Sequence record: PZ049338.1 | DNA: 64,000 nt | Strand: one strand, 5' to 3' | Source of the DNA: a phage | Shown: positions 38,418 to 47,912 of the stretch, piece after piece | Position numbering within the stretch: position 1 is the stretch's first letter | Layout: every line of letters starts with the position of its first letter | Notes under the pieces: generated by a model | Databases searched by the model: none | What the model was told of the DNA's origin: nothing | The model's input: only the letters and a program-made list of their open reading frames with translations | Made by a program: the position numbers and the translations under genes

Positions 38418-38684
38418 TTAGTTAGCCCACTTAGTAAATCGACCGGTATTCAAATCACGTACAACGACGTTGGTTCGGAACAACTCTTTGAGTTCTTCTT
38501 TAGCCTTCATCAGTTTTTGTTGTTTGTAAATCTTACCAACCTGAATACGTGTAGGTTCGTCATTCGTTTCAAACAGAATCTTAATGTCCTTGCTGACAAG
38601 CTCAGGAAGAGTCCTATAAACTGCTGAAGATATGAAACGACCTTTGGTAGTGTATTCACGGTACTCGATAACTAATTTACTCAT
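38418..38684 (-). CDS. hypothetical protein (88 aa)
   Basis: ORF track. Confidence 0.45.
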   Translation of the reverse strand: MSKLVIEYREYTTKGRFISSAVYRTLPELVSKDIKILFETNDEPTRIQVGKIYKQQKLMKAKEELKELFRTNVVVRDLNTGRFTKWAN

Positions 38685-38935
38685 TTTGCTGCTCCATTAG
38701 CATTAGGGAAATAACGTTCATAATTTCTTGCGTGGTTAGTTTCCAACTTAGCCACACATTGACGACAGAATGGATACAATCCACTGTCAGAGTTCGCAGA
38801 TTCATCGAAGTGATAAACCCCACGAAGTTGTTTACAGCACTTGCAAGTGATGCACTGGCCGTAAGTTGTTCTTGCGTAATTGTTAATTAAACGCTTAACC
38901 ATGTCCATTAGGACTCCAGAGACAAAAAAGGCCAC
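38681..38935 (-). CDS. Cys-rich hypothetical protein (84 aa)
   Basis: ORF track. Confidence 0.45.
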   Translation of the reverse strand: MAFFVSGVLMDMVKRLINNYARTTYGQCITCKCCKQLRGVYHFDESANSDSGLYPFCRQCVAKLETNHARNYERYFPNANGAAK

Positions 38936-39044
38936 CCGTAGGCAGCCTTGTGTTAACCTTCACCCCAGCCCGTATTAGAATCCATCGAATTCATCATACG
39001 TCCCAGTTCTCTTCACCAGCAGTGTAACCAATTGCATTCATTCG

Positions 39045-39401
39045 TTAATCCTTCTTCTTCTTGCTCTTAGGCTTGCTCACAGGTAAACGGGACTTAGCGC
39101 CCTTACGTCCACCTGCGGCCTTACCTTTTGAGCTACCAGACTTACCACCAGCAGACATATTCTCGCTGGCATCACGTAAACGCAAATTACTGCGGTCATT
39201 GGAGCCACCATCTTTAACTGTCTTCTTGTGGTCAACGTGTACAGATGTTGGCAATTTTCTACCGATGCTCTTTTCCATCTCTCGACGGGCACGGTGTCGC
39301 ATTGCATCCTTAGACTTCTTACCAACGCCGGTATCACCACGCTTTATAGCAGTGATACGTTCTTGTGCGTAGTTTCGTACATAACCCGGTGAACTAGGCA
39401 T
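39045..39401 (-). CDS. basic protein with HNH-like motif (HVDHKK...GGSNDRSNLRL)
   Basis: motif read by eye; candidate small HNH nuclease. Confidence 0.45.
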   Translation of the reverse strand: MPSSPGYVRNYAQERITAIKRGDTGVGKKSKDAMRHRARREMEKSIGRKLPTSVHVDHKKTVKDGGSNDRSNLRLRDASENMSAGGKSGSSKGKAAGGRKGAKSRLPVSKPKSKKKKD

Positions 39402-39413
39402 TCAACCTCCATG

Positions 39414-39629
39414 TTAATCAGAGCATGAACGGGTGACCCCTCGCTCTCCAACTGGTGCGCGTTCTTTTGCTTGCCAGTCTTGTGCGAGTTTTTGATAATT
39501 CTCAGCTTCTTCCACATTGCCATTTGCATATGCTTCATCACGCATTGAAAAACACCAGTCAACCGTTGATGCGTTACTCTTGTCCATTATAATCACCCCA
39601 TTCGTATTCATATTCGTCGAAACGTTCAC
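39414..39629 (-). CDS. small hypothetical protein (start uncertain)
   Basis: ORF track; alternative frame 39344-39562 overlaps neighbour. Confidence 0.3.
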   Translation of the reverse strand: MNVSTNMNTNGVIIMDKSNASTVDWCFSMRDEAYANGNVEEAENYQKLAQDWQAKERAPVGERGVTRSCSD

Positions 39630-39795
39630 CCGGCATTGTTTCTTTACAACACGGGCATATGTAATAGTGTGAATAGTCCTCAGTGCTTACGCGTTTCATG
39701 GGAACAAAACACCAATCACATTCAATACTTTTCACACCGTACATAATGAATACCTTATTTAAGACTCTTCTCAACTCTACGAGTAATATACTCAC
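39574..39795 (-). CDS. small Zn-ribbon protein (73 aa)
   Basis: CDWC...CPCC. Confidence 0.45.
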   Translation of the reverse strand: MSILLVELRRVLNKVFIMYGVKSIECDWCFVPMKRVSTEDYSHYYICPCCKETMPGERFDEYEYEWGDYNGQE

Positions 39796-40024
39796 GAGCT
39801 ACTTTAGGATTACATTCCATTAAGAGGTCTTCAACATCTTCGTTGATTTCACTCTTCGTTACAGTTAACTGATGAAGATACTTACCCTGAATAATCATTG
39901 CAATCTGCAGAGCTTCATCAAAACTTGATTGATTGACAGCCTCTTGTGAGGCCATAACTGATTGGATGATTTGGTTTACATCAAATTCAACCAAGGAGCC
40001 ATCATCTTTCTGATATTTTACCAT
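39755..40024 (-). CDS. hypothetical protein (89 aa)
   Basis: ORF track. Confidence 0.45.
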   Translation of the reverse strand: MVKYQKDDGSLVEFDVNQIIQSVMASQEAVNQSSFDEALQIAMIIQGKYLHQLTVTKSEINEDVEDLLMECNPKVAREYITRRVEKSLK

Positions 40025-40032
40025 TCACTACC

Positions 40033-40482
40033 TCAGCGACCAGAGCGTACAAAGTATGCCAGCTTGTCGATGGCAGCTACTAATTCTTGCAAGATGCTAA
40101 CAGTCACATCATCCTCTGTATCAAACAGACGAGCCACATGACCAGTTATTGTTTCCAGAGTTTCGACCATATCAGACAACATCTCTGAACTGTCGTAGCT
40201 GTCAACACCTTCACTGAACCAGCGAACTTCATGATAATACCCTGCCGTTGATTTGACAGGATGCTGTAGGCCACGTAGCCGCTCAGCAACAATATCAGAC
40301 CATTCATCAGCAACAGTATCAATATCTTCGAACAGTTTATGGAGACTTCCAAAGTTGGCTCCGGTTACGTTCCAATGATAATTCTCTGCCTTGATGGACA
40401 GTAATTTGAGGTTGGCAACCACTGGATTCAATGGGTGCAGATTATCTTCACCACTTTGACGTGACGGTCTTGGAGATAACAT
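40033..40482 (-). CDS. Dps-like ferritin-fold protein
   Basis: YHWNVTGANFGSLHKLFEDI and DIVAERLRGL align by eye with recalled E. coli Dps (HWNMRGANFIAVHEML, DTMAERAVQLGG). Confidence 0.6.
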   Translation of the reverse strand: MLSPRPSRQSGEDNLHPLNPVVANLKLLSIKAENYHWNVTGANFGSLHKLFEDIDTVADEWSDIVAERLRGLQHPVKSTAGYYHEVRWFSEGVDSYDSSEMLSDMVETLETITGHVARLFDTEDDVTVSILQELVAAIDKLAYFVRSGR

Positions 40483-41138
40483 TACTCAGTTTCCTTAATA
40501 GTTGCTTTCAAGGCCGACCAAGCGACCGGATAAAGGTCAGTCATGATTGCATCAAGTTGCTGTGCAAACAAACGAACCTCGTATTGAGCATGAGTGCTCG
40601 AACGTTGACGGTATACTTCAAACCAACCATACAGTGAACCAGTCCATACCCATTCTGTAACCATCCCTTGCGGGAGTACAAAGCGAGCCTGCTCTGGTGC
40701 AATGAACTTAATCAGCTTATCGTAGGCAAGTAATGCTGCTTCATATGCGTAATTATACAACACAAGAGCTTCATATTTCTTAACACCTTCAAGAAGTACA
40801 CCACCGCCATCATGCAAGTTATCAGGTCGTGCAAAGATTTCCTTAGGAATGAACACTTCGACATTACCATCTTTATATCGACGGCTCATTTCGTTCCAAG
40901 AAAATCCAACCTGATGCTTACCTAGCTGGCGAGCGATTGCGATTGGGGCTTTACAGCGAAGGGTCACTGTTGCGTGCCGGAATGGGGTTACATGACGTTC
41001 ACGAGCTAAGAACTTGACCAAGCGAACATCTCGCTCATTCAACTCACCTTCTCGTGTTACACCATAAGATACTCGTGCTGCGTTAACAACTGAAGTATCA
41101 TCACCCATTAAATCTACTAATTGCGCTTCAATAGTCAT
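40482..41138 (-). CDS. thyX: ThyX-like flavin-dependent thymidylate synthase homologue (signature appears divergent)
   Basis: ARQLGKHQVGFSWNEMSRRY resembles ThyX motif region, but canonical RHR seems replaced by KHQ. Confidence 0.6.
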   Translation of the reverse strand: MTIEAQLVDLMGDDTSVVNAARVSYGVTREGELNERDVRLVKFLARERHVTPFRHATVTLRCKAPIAIARQLGKHQVGFSWNEMSRRYKDGNVEVFIPKEIFARPDNLHDGGGVLLEGVKKYEALVLYNYAYEAALLAYDKLIKFIAPEQARFVLPQGMVTEWVWTGSLYGWFEVYRQRSSTHAQYEVRLFAQQLDAIMTDLYPVAWSALKATIKETE

Positions 41139-41152
41139 CCTTGACCCTTATA

Positions 41153-41362
41153 TTAATATTCGATTTTACTTAAAATGAAAATAGCACCATCAGGTGTTAT
41201 ATTAGCCTTATGCATTGACACTTTAATGTTATGCTTACGGGCAGGTATGAGGTTTTTCAACCCTGCACGGGCTTCTTTTCTTGTTTTATAAGTCATTAAC
41301 AATGGTAAGTCGTCTGACTTATCTTTATTAAGAAGCTTGAGTACCCAAATCCATTGAGACAT
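41153..41362 (-). CDS. small hypothetical protein (69 aa)
   Basis: ORF track. Confidence 0.4.
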   Translation of the reverse strand: MSQWIWVLKLLNKDKSDDLPLLMTYKTRKEARAGLKNLIPARKHNIKVSMHKANITPDGAIFILSKIEY

Positions 41363-41371
41363 GATTGTACC

Positions 41372-41557
41372 TTAAATATGTTCGAAATCTTTACGAGTGG
41401 CTTCACGAATATAGAAGCCTTTATAGCCATGACTTGTTGCTAAATCATGTGCTATCTTCTTTGTAGCACAGATAGCCATAAGGCAACCCTGCACGACAAT
41501 AACATGGGCACGTAGTTCACGTTCCATTAACTGTATTCCATTTCTGTTGATTGACAT
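41372..41557 (-). CDS. small hypothetical protein (61 aa)
   Basis: ORF track. Confidence 0.4.
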   Translation of the reverse strand: MSINRNGIQLMERELRAHVIVVQGCLMAICATKKIAHDLATSHGYKGFYIREATRKDFEHI

Positions 41558-41702
41558 TCATTACATCGGGTTTTCTTTACAGTAATCTCGACATATTGTT
41601 TGTTCTTCCCACGAGAAGGAGAGCCTTTCTTAAGCTCTCGAATCTTCGTATAGGAAATGTTAAGCTCTATTCCAGAGCAGGTTGGACATCTCACTATTCA
41701 CC

Positions 41703-41945
41703 TCAGTAATTGTAAGGGTCGTAGTCCAAAGAATCAAACCCGTAATCTGAACTATCAAGATAGCGACCCGGAAAACCCATTCGCTGATAAGTTGGTTCGC
41801 TAGGGATGGTGTTACCACGAGTGATTTTCTTAACTTGGTCAGAGGAGAACAAAGCTAATCCTTCAGAGGTTCGGGCCGAAGCCCGTTCCCCTTTCTTGAC
41901 AACCTTACCCTTCTTTAACCAATCTTCGAAGGAGCGGTATTGCAT
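41703..41945 (-). CDS. hypothetical protein (80 aa)
   Basis: ORF track. Confidence 0.45.
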   Translation of the reverse strand: MQYRSFEDWLKKGKVVKKGERASARTSEGLALFSSDQVKKITRGNTIPSEPTYQRMGFPGRYLDSSDYGFDSLDYDPYNY

Positions 41946-41947
41946 GG

Positions 41948-42163
41948 TTATTTACCCCAATGTTCAACAAACTGTTGAAACACTTTACGGTCGAATGTGA
42001 AATTACGAGCAATATTACATTCAACAAAAGTAGAGCCCATATAGTCTATAGACAATTCATCAGTGTGACCGTGAACTTGGATAAGGCGTTTAATCTTATC
42101 CTTCTCCTTCCGAGGTAACATACGGAATGCTTCCTGTATGTCTGTAATATGCTTAATTTTCAT
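41948..42163 (-). CDS. hypothetical protein (71 aa)
   Basis: ORF track. Confidence 0.45.
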   Translation of the reverse strand: MKIKHITDIQEAFRMLPRKEKDKIKRLIQVHGHTDELSIDYMGSTFVECNIARNFTFDRKVFQQFVEHWGK

Positions 42164-42429
42164 CAGCGAGTCTCTTCTAAGTCTCGGTTAACACCCACAT
42201 TACCATCAAGGTTAGCCTGCACTTGAGCAGAAATAACAATCAGGTTCTTAGGGTAGGAGAGGGTTGTTTTACCAGAGCTAAGCACATGGATTCGAACTTT
42301 CAGAGGAGTAACATCCACAACTCGGGCTATTTCTAGCCCTTGGTTGTATTTACCATTACCCCAGACAACAATATCGTCCAGTCGAATCACCCGGTGCAGC
42401 TTATCACGGTGATTGTGTGACAGTAACAT
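42163..42429 (-). CDS. hypothetical protein (88 aa)
   Basis: ORF track. Confidence 0.45.
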   Translation of the reverse strand: MLLSHNHRDKLHRVIRLDDIVVWGNGKYNQGLEIARVVDVTPLKVRIHVLSSGKTTLSYPKNLIVISAQVQANLDGNVGVNRDLEETR

Positions 42430-42719
42430 TAATCAAGACCTCGCACTGTAGAGAGGATGAAATTACGCAGCATGTCTTCAGTCTGCATCCCTGTTTTGAA
42501 ACCTACTGGCTTCTTGTTTTCATCAAACACGATGATGGTTGGGACACCACGGATGCCAAAGGTACGAGCTTCTTCGCGTACTCCGTCGTCTTCGATGCTA
42601 CGGGATTCAAAAGTAAATCCCTCTTCTTCCAGTTCATCTTGAACTTTCTTGAAGATAGGCTCGATTGCTTTGCAAGGAGCACAGGAAGTACCAAAGTATT
42701 TAATTACAGAGTAAGCCAT
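42429..42719 (-). CDS. thioredoxin
   Basis: CxxC active site SCAPC in thioredoxin-sized (96 aa) protein. Confidence 0.75.
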   Translation of the reverse strand: MAYSVIKYFGTSCAPCKAIEPIFKKVQDELEEEGFTFESRSIEDDGVREEARTFGIRGVPTIIVFDENKKPVGFKTGMQTEDMLRNFILSTVRGLD

Positions 42720-43477
42720 TATTCACCACCTTCGTTGTCTAATTCCATTGCTTTAACCACTGCCTTACAGAAGCCGCTTCGAACGATATCGTCAGAAGTA
42801 CCTTCAACAACAGCAGCATAGTCGCCCAGAGCGTGACGGTTGATAAAATCAATCGCCCAATCCAGACCATTTTCACCACCCATATCATTCTGCTCGGAAT
42901 CCCCGATACAGAACAGCTTAGAGTTCTCACCCAAGCGAGTCATGATTGAGTACATTTCATCAGGTTTGGTATTCTGAGATTCATCCACAATGACCACAGC
43001 GTTCTCGAAAGAACGACCACGAACATATTCCAGTGGTACGAATTCAATGTTACCAAGACCCATCTGGCACTCATAGAAGCCATGACCGTAACGACCTTTG
43101 ATTACATCTACCATAGGCATCAGATACGGTTCAAACTTCTCTTTCAGAGTGCCGGGCAGGAGACCAAGAGATTTACCCATACCAACCGAAGGTCGGCTCA
43201 GTACAATCTTCTGAATCTTGTTCTGCTTAAGCCAATCTGCGGCTTGACTCATGAGTACAAAAGTCTTACCGCAACCAGCAGGAGCGTCAACAAACACAAC
43301 CTGAGCTTCCATCATGCTAGTATGAAGTTCACGTTGGAACTCATTCTTAGGGATGATAGGCTTGATAATGTTTGCTGTCTCAAACTCACGACGAGCGTGT
43401 TGGCTATTACGACGAACAGTTTCTTCGCGCAGTGCTTCACGACGTAATTCACGACGACTAGGCTTAAGTTTCTTCAT
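42719..43477 (-). CDS. phoH: PhoH-like ATPase
   Basis: Walker A DAPAGCGKTF; overall PhoH-like pattern. Confidence 0.75.
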   Translation of the reverse strand: MKKLKPSRRELRREALREETVRRNSQHARREFETANIIKPIIPKNEFQRELHTSMMEAQVVFVDAPAGCGKTFVLMSQAADWLKQNKIQKIVLSRPSVGMGKSLGLLPGTLKEKFEPYLMPMVDVIKGRYGHGFYECQMGLGNIEFVPLEYVRGRSFENAVVIVDESQNTKPDEMYSIMTRLGENSKLFCIGDSEQNDMGGENGLDWAIDFINRHALGDYAAVVEGTSDDIVRSGFCKAVVKAMELDNEGGE

Positions 43478-44081
43478 TATTCAACTCCTCAGTGTGACCA
43501 GAGCCAGCATATGCTTGAGTAGCACCCTGCTGACCGTTGTAGTTACCTTTAACAGCGTAAGAGTCGTTACCAACGTCTTCGTGTTCAAAGAATACCATCT
43601 GACCAATGCGCATACCGGGTTTGATAAGGAGTCGGTGATACTTGTTCATATTCTTGAACTCCATAGTAAGCTGTGCGCCATGCCAACCGGCATCTGCCCA
43701 ACCTGCCATCATGTGTTCAAGGAAGCAACGAGCCACTGTAGAACGTAATACAAACTGACTGGAGATAGTATTTGGTAAGTTAAATGTCTCAACAGAGTGA
43801 GCCAAGAAACACTGACCCGGTTCGATAATCAAACCAGTCTCAGGGATAATCTGTTTGATGAACTTAGGAGATTGCTTTGCAGCAATATCAATCGGTTCAG
43901 AATGAACACCCGGAACAGCTTCAGCCATACCAGAAAGGTCTTGGTATTGCCATGCAGGGGCTTCGACCAGAATCTCGTTACCAATACGGATATCAATACT
44001 CGCTGAGTTTACGTTCTCATGCAGAGCGTCAATAACATTTTCATCAATCAGTTGGTGCAATCGTGTAGAAGAGAGTAACAT
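43464..44081 (-). CDS. dcd: dCTP deaminase
   Basis: SIDIRIGNE, RSTVARCFL, KPGMRIGQMVFFE, YNGQQGA align with recalled E. coli Dcd. Confidence 0.75.
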   Translation of the reverse strand: MLLSSTRLHQLIDENVIDALHENVNSASIDIRIGNEILVEAPAWQYQDLSGMAEAVPGVHSEPIDIAAKQSPKFIKQIIPETGLIIEPGQCFLAHSVETFNLPNTISSQFVLRSTVARCFLEHMMAGWADAGWHGAQLTMEFKNMNKYHRLLIKPGMRIGQMVFFEHEDVGNDSYAVKGNYNGQQGATQAYAGSGHTEELNNEET

Positions 44082-44264
44082 TAACTATCCTTAGTCTTCG
44101 TCGTTGTCGTTAAAGCGGAATGGGTCGGAGCATTCAATTACCCCAGCGTCTTCGTCTAAGCGAAAGGTCATTCCTGCAATTTCAAAATCGGAGTCCATCA
44201 TGTGTTATTCCTTAACAAGAGGCCACACTTATTATAGTGACCTCTAGAGAGTATCCTTACACCG

Positions 44265-44762
44265 TTATTTGTAAAAGATTCTGCTATGTGGAGGATTCAA
44301 CCAATCAAATCCAGCCAGATTGCAAAGATGCTCATACAAAGCAACGGTAACATTTACGTCCTGCTCACAGTAAGTGAACATGTCTTCAGTGAACACATCC
44401 CAAGCATTCTCTGTCTTGCCATAATCGCCTTTATAGATACCAAGCTCACGACCCCATGAATCCAGTGAATGACCACCGGGGCGGTCAGGCTGGAGCATAC
44501 GGCTGAGAACTAAGGTATCAAAGGTGTTCATGTGGAATTCAAGACCACTGAGTTTAGCCAGAGTCGGGAGGTCATAATCAATGATGTTATGGCCAACCGT
44601 TAAATCGAAGGACATTAAATCCTTCATATACTTGTCTAAATCTTGTGGTCTATAACCCTGTCGCTCTTTCGGTTGACTAGGGTCAATAATCCAGGCACAG
44701 TGAAATTTGGAGACATCAATATAGAGATTGTTAGTCTCTATATCTGTACAAGCAATCTTCAT
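44265..44762 (-). CDS. DnaQ-like 3'-5' exonuclease (stand-alone polymerase proofreading domain)
   Basis: Exo I DIET, Exo II HNIIDYD, Exo III YCEQD. Confidence 0.7.
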   Translation of the reverse strand: MKIACTDIETNNLYIDVSKFHCAWIIDPSQPKERQGYRPQDLDKYMKDLMSFDLTVGHNIIDYDLPTLAKLSGLEFHMNTFDTLVLSRMLQPDRPGGHSLDSWGRELGIYKGDYGKTENAWDVFTEDMFTYCEQDVNVTVALYEHLCNLAGFDWLNPPHSRIFYK

Positions 44763-44771
44763 TAATACACC

Positions 44772-46568
44772 TTAGAATGGTCGACTATCATCACGACTGA
44801 CTTCATCAGAGTCAGGCTCCTCTCCCGGGATAGAGAAAGGATTCTTAGGGTCATACTCATCAGCAGTACGCTGTCTCAATCGACCTGTAACTGGGTTATA
44901 GGAAGTTGGGACAATACCTGTCTGACCGAAGTTACGGTCTTTCAGGAGACGAATCTGAGACAAGTTACGAGCATCACCATCTGCCTGCTTGTTACGCTCA
45001 AAGCCCAGAATTAACTGGGAGAATCGCATAAGAGCACGCGAACCTGTGAACTGCACTTCCTGAACCTGACCACCTTCCTCGTGCGGAGCACCAGTTTTAG
45101 GTGGGTTCAAGTGACTGAATACGAAACATGTGAACTCCAGTTCGTTACACAGTCCAGCCAGTTCTACAGCAATACGAGCAACTTCGGTGTTAATCTCAGT
45201 CGCTGATAAGTGTGATACCAGTGCGGTGATGTTATCTAAGAAGATGAACTTCACACCATGCTCCACAACCCAGAAACGCATACAGCGTTTGATATCTTCC
45301 CAATCATTCTGACCAAAGTTCCGGTAAAGGAACAGATGGCCATCATACTTCAGAGCTTCACTCTTAAGCAGTTCAGGGTCGAACTCAACATCTGGGCGAT
45401 GGAAAGGTATATTAGCAGATTTACCTGCGATGTTTTTGATTGTGTTACCTACAGTCTCTTCCAACATGAAAGCGCCCACTTTCTCTTTGTGGACGTTAAT
45501 GAGGTGAGCACTAAGTTCGTGAGCAAGCAGTGTTTTACCACCACCCACACCACCACCAATTGCAATCACTTCACCATATCGGAGACCGAAGGTTAACTCT
45601 GTAAGACCTTCCCAAGGGAATGATAAACCCCACTCAGGCTTCTTCAGCGCATCTTCCAGACACTCAGCTACAGTCGTTGAGCCAGCCGGAGATTCTTTTG
45701 CAGCATTGAAGCGTAAGCAGTTATTAAGTTCGAGGTCACGACCGTCCATGAGGAGGTCATTAGCGTCCTTAATTGGAGCACCATCTTTACGGAACCCTTT
45801 AGGGATTCGGGCAATCTTAATGTTCGGATACATCGCTCGAATCTTGTTCACAGCATCATCACCAGCTTCATCGTTATCCATGCAGACAACAACTTCAGCG
45901 AATGATTCTACGAATGCACGGTCACGAGAGAACGCAGCCGCTGCTGATTTCGAGCCATCCGGTAAAGAAACACATGCTGGTTTGTATGTACTCTTAGAGT
46001 TCTCTGTCAATACCTGAAAACCAGACATTGCACTGAGTTCGTCTTCAAATACAAACAACTTACCTGTGTACACATCACCAAGACGTGCTTGGGACATACC
46101 GAAGAAACTACAACCTGATGCTGCACCTACAGCATAAAAACCTTTAGGTTCTAAGGTGCGAACTTTGTAAGCACGGATTGCTCCGTCCTTTTCCTTCGGG
46201 TAAAACTGAGAGATAGGTTCCCGGTTAGTGGATGAAAGACCAATACGAACACCAAAACGTTCGGCAACTTCTTTCTTCACACCACGAATGGTGCAGTTCT
46301 GAATAGGAAGCTCTTGGACTTCCGCTAAACGTTCTTGTACTTCTTCCTCGGTCAGTTCACGGAATTCATGACGAACTCCTTCCCACTTCTCGCGGTTACC
46401 TTCTTCAACCTGTTCGTAAAAACCATCACGACTACAGTAAACCCACTGCTCGCCGGTCTCAACATTTTCCCAATGCTGAAGATGGTTGCCAGTTCGGTCA
46501 TGGCCTGCTGCCGTACAGGTTGGACATGCAGAATCACCAAGGATTCTTTTGTTTCCATAAACTTTCAT
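44772..46568 (-). CDS. primase-helicase (Zn-finger + TOPRIM + DnaB-like helicase)
   Basis: N-terminal CPTC Zn finger, TOPRIM-like CMDNDEAGDD, Walker A GGGVGGGKT. Confidence 0.8.
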   Translation of the reverse strand: MKVYGNKRILGDSACPTCTAAGHDRTGNHLQHWENVETGEQWVYCSRDGFYEQVEEGNREKWEGVRHEFRELTEEEVQERLAEVQELPIQNCTIRGVKKEVAERFGVRIGLSSTNREPISQFYPKEKDGAIRAYKVRTLEPKGFYAVGAASGCSFFGMSQARLGDVYTGKLFVFEDELSAMSGFQVLTENSKSTYKPACVSLPDGSKSAAAAFSRDRAFVESFAEVVVCMDNDEAGDDAVNKIRAMYPNIKIARIPKGFRKDGAPIKDANDLLMDGRDLELNNCLRFNAAKESPAGSTTVAECLEDALKKPEWGLSFPWEGLTELTFGLRYGEVIAIGGGVGGGKTLLAHELSAHLINVHKEKVGAFMLEETVGNTIKNIAGKSANIPFHRPDVEFDPELLKSEALKYDGHLFLYRNFGQNDWEDIKRCMRFWVVEHGVKFIFLDNITALVSHLSATEINTEVARIAVELAGLCNELEFTCFVFSHLNPPKTGAPHEEGGQVQEVQFTGSRALMRFSQLILGFERNKQADGDARNLSQIRLLKDRNFGQTGIVPTSYNPVTGRLRQRTADEYDPKNPFSIPGEEPDSDEVSRDDSRPF

Positions 46569-46635
46569 GACTTAATCCTTTTCCATGTCATTAAGCTTGC
46601 TGCGGGTATTACTTAGTGCCTTAGGTTAGATAACA

Positions 46636-47310
46636 TTACAGAGTGTCATAGTAGTCTGCGCGATTATGCAGACACCAGTCACCCGACTCAACACGGTTAC
46701 TGTCGCCTTGGTCTTCATCAATGTGATAAATCCAAGCCTTTGCGAAGGAACCATCATCCAGTTGGATTTCAACCTGCGTACGGTTATAGAAACCATTCTC
46801 AGGGTCACAGGCACTGTACCCTTCCAGCATGTCGTATGCACCAGTCAGACCTTCCAGAGGTGCTTCAAATACATCAACAACAACCTGCTTGCCAGACTTG
46901 TTAGCCTTAAGGTTCACGGAAGGGAAGTAGGAGCCACCGTAGCGATATAAATCGAACTGGTCTACAGTCACACCCTTACTTACAAATTCACCGCCGCCAC
47001 GAGCGTTTACGTGGAAATTCTGCATGTTGCGACGCAGAGAGCCATAAGTTGCGATGAATACTTTACCGTCTGAAGGAATTACTAAGTTCTTTGACATTAC
47101 TTGTCCTGTTTTAGGTTGTAGATAATATTTAACTTCGACAAATCGCCATGTGTTCTGGAGGTTCTCTGCCATTTCTTTTGCTTCTGGGTAAGTTAAGCCA
47201 CAGCCAAGCTGATAACCTTCCTCACCCTTACTCATGCGACCAATCAGTAAATAACGAACTTCATGGTCACCTGTTAGTGGTTCTTTAATTGAGAGCTTCA
47301 TCTTATACAC
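46636..47310 (-). CDS. gamma-glutamyl cyclotransferase-like (AIG2/GGCT fold) domain protein
   Basis: FIATYGSLRR ... DMLEGY ... YNRTQV fits GGCT pattern. Confidence 0.55.
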   Translation of the reverse strand: MYKMKLSIKEPLTGDHEVRYLLIGRMSKGEEGYQLGCGLTYPEAKEMAENLQNTWRFVEVKYYLQPKTGQVMSKNLVIPSDGKVFIATYGSLRRNMQNFHVNARGGGEFVSKGVTVDQFDLYRYGGSYFPSVNLKANKSGKQVVVDVFEAPLEGLTGAYDMLEGYSACDPENGFYNRTQVEIQLDDGSFAKAWIYHIDEDQGDSNRVESGDWCLHNRADYYDTL

Positions 47311-47366
47311 TTCTCACCCCTTGTTATGTTCGACAAAGGCCACTCCGAAGAATGACCTTTAGCAAA

Positions 47367-47903
47367 TTACCAGAGCTTATTAAGAGCCAGATTATTAGTA
47401 ATCACTGGTGTGCTTTCGTAATCATCCAGAGATGTTGGGCCCATACTAATAGCACCATATCCAGTTACGTGAACACTTACACGGGTCATCTGGTCGAAGA
47501 ATTCCTTCATCTGAGACGGTTCTGTGATGTTCTTTCCAGCAACACCAAGAACCTGTACACGCTGACCAGAGGAGCGCAGACCCTTCTTAGTGACCACTGC
47601 CGTAACTGTCTGACCAACAACAGTGGGCTTAGTTAATACCTCAAAGAACACACCGGATATGTCAGTTACACCCTGTTCCATATGCATTGTTGCATAGTTA
47701 ACTTTGTAGGTGTTTGGAACTTCATATACACGGGTAGATTTGAAAGTAGTACCAATGTAGTTATCTGCATTGAAGTCACGGGAACGGCTACGACGTTCAG
47801 CCTCAATGAGAAGTGATTGGTAATAACCTTCCAGTATTTCACCAACACCTTTACGAGTTGTACTTAACCCGATTACTCGGGAATATCCAATAATTAAGAA
47901 CAT
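47367..47903 (-). CDS. hypothetical protein (178 aa)
   Basis: ORF track; 23-bp repeated element immediately upstream. Confidence 0.5.
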   Translation of the reverse strand: MFLIIGYSRVIGLSTTRKGVGEILEGYYQSLLIEAERRSRSRDFNADNYIGTTFKSTRVYEVPNTYKVNYATMHMEQGVTDISGVFFEVLTKPTVVGQTVTAVVTKKGLRSSGQRVQVLGVAGKNITEPSQMKEFFDQMTRVSVHVTGYGAISMGPTSLDDYESTPVITNNLALNKLW

Positions 47904-47912
47904 TAAGAATCT

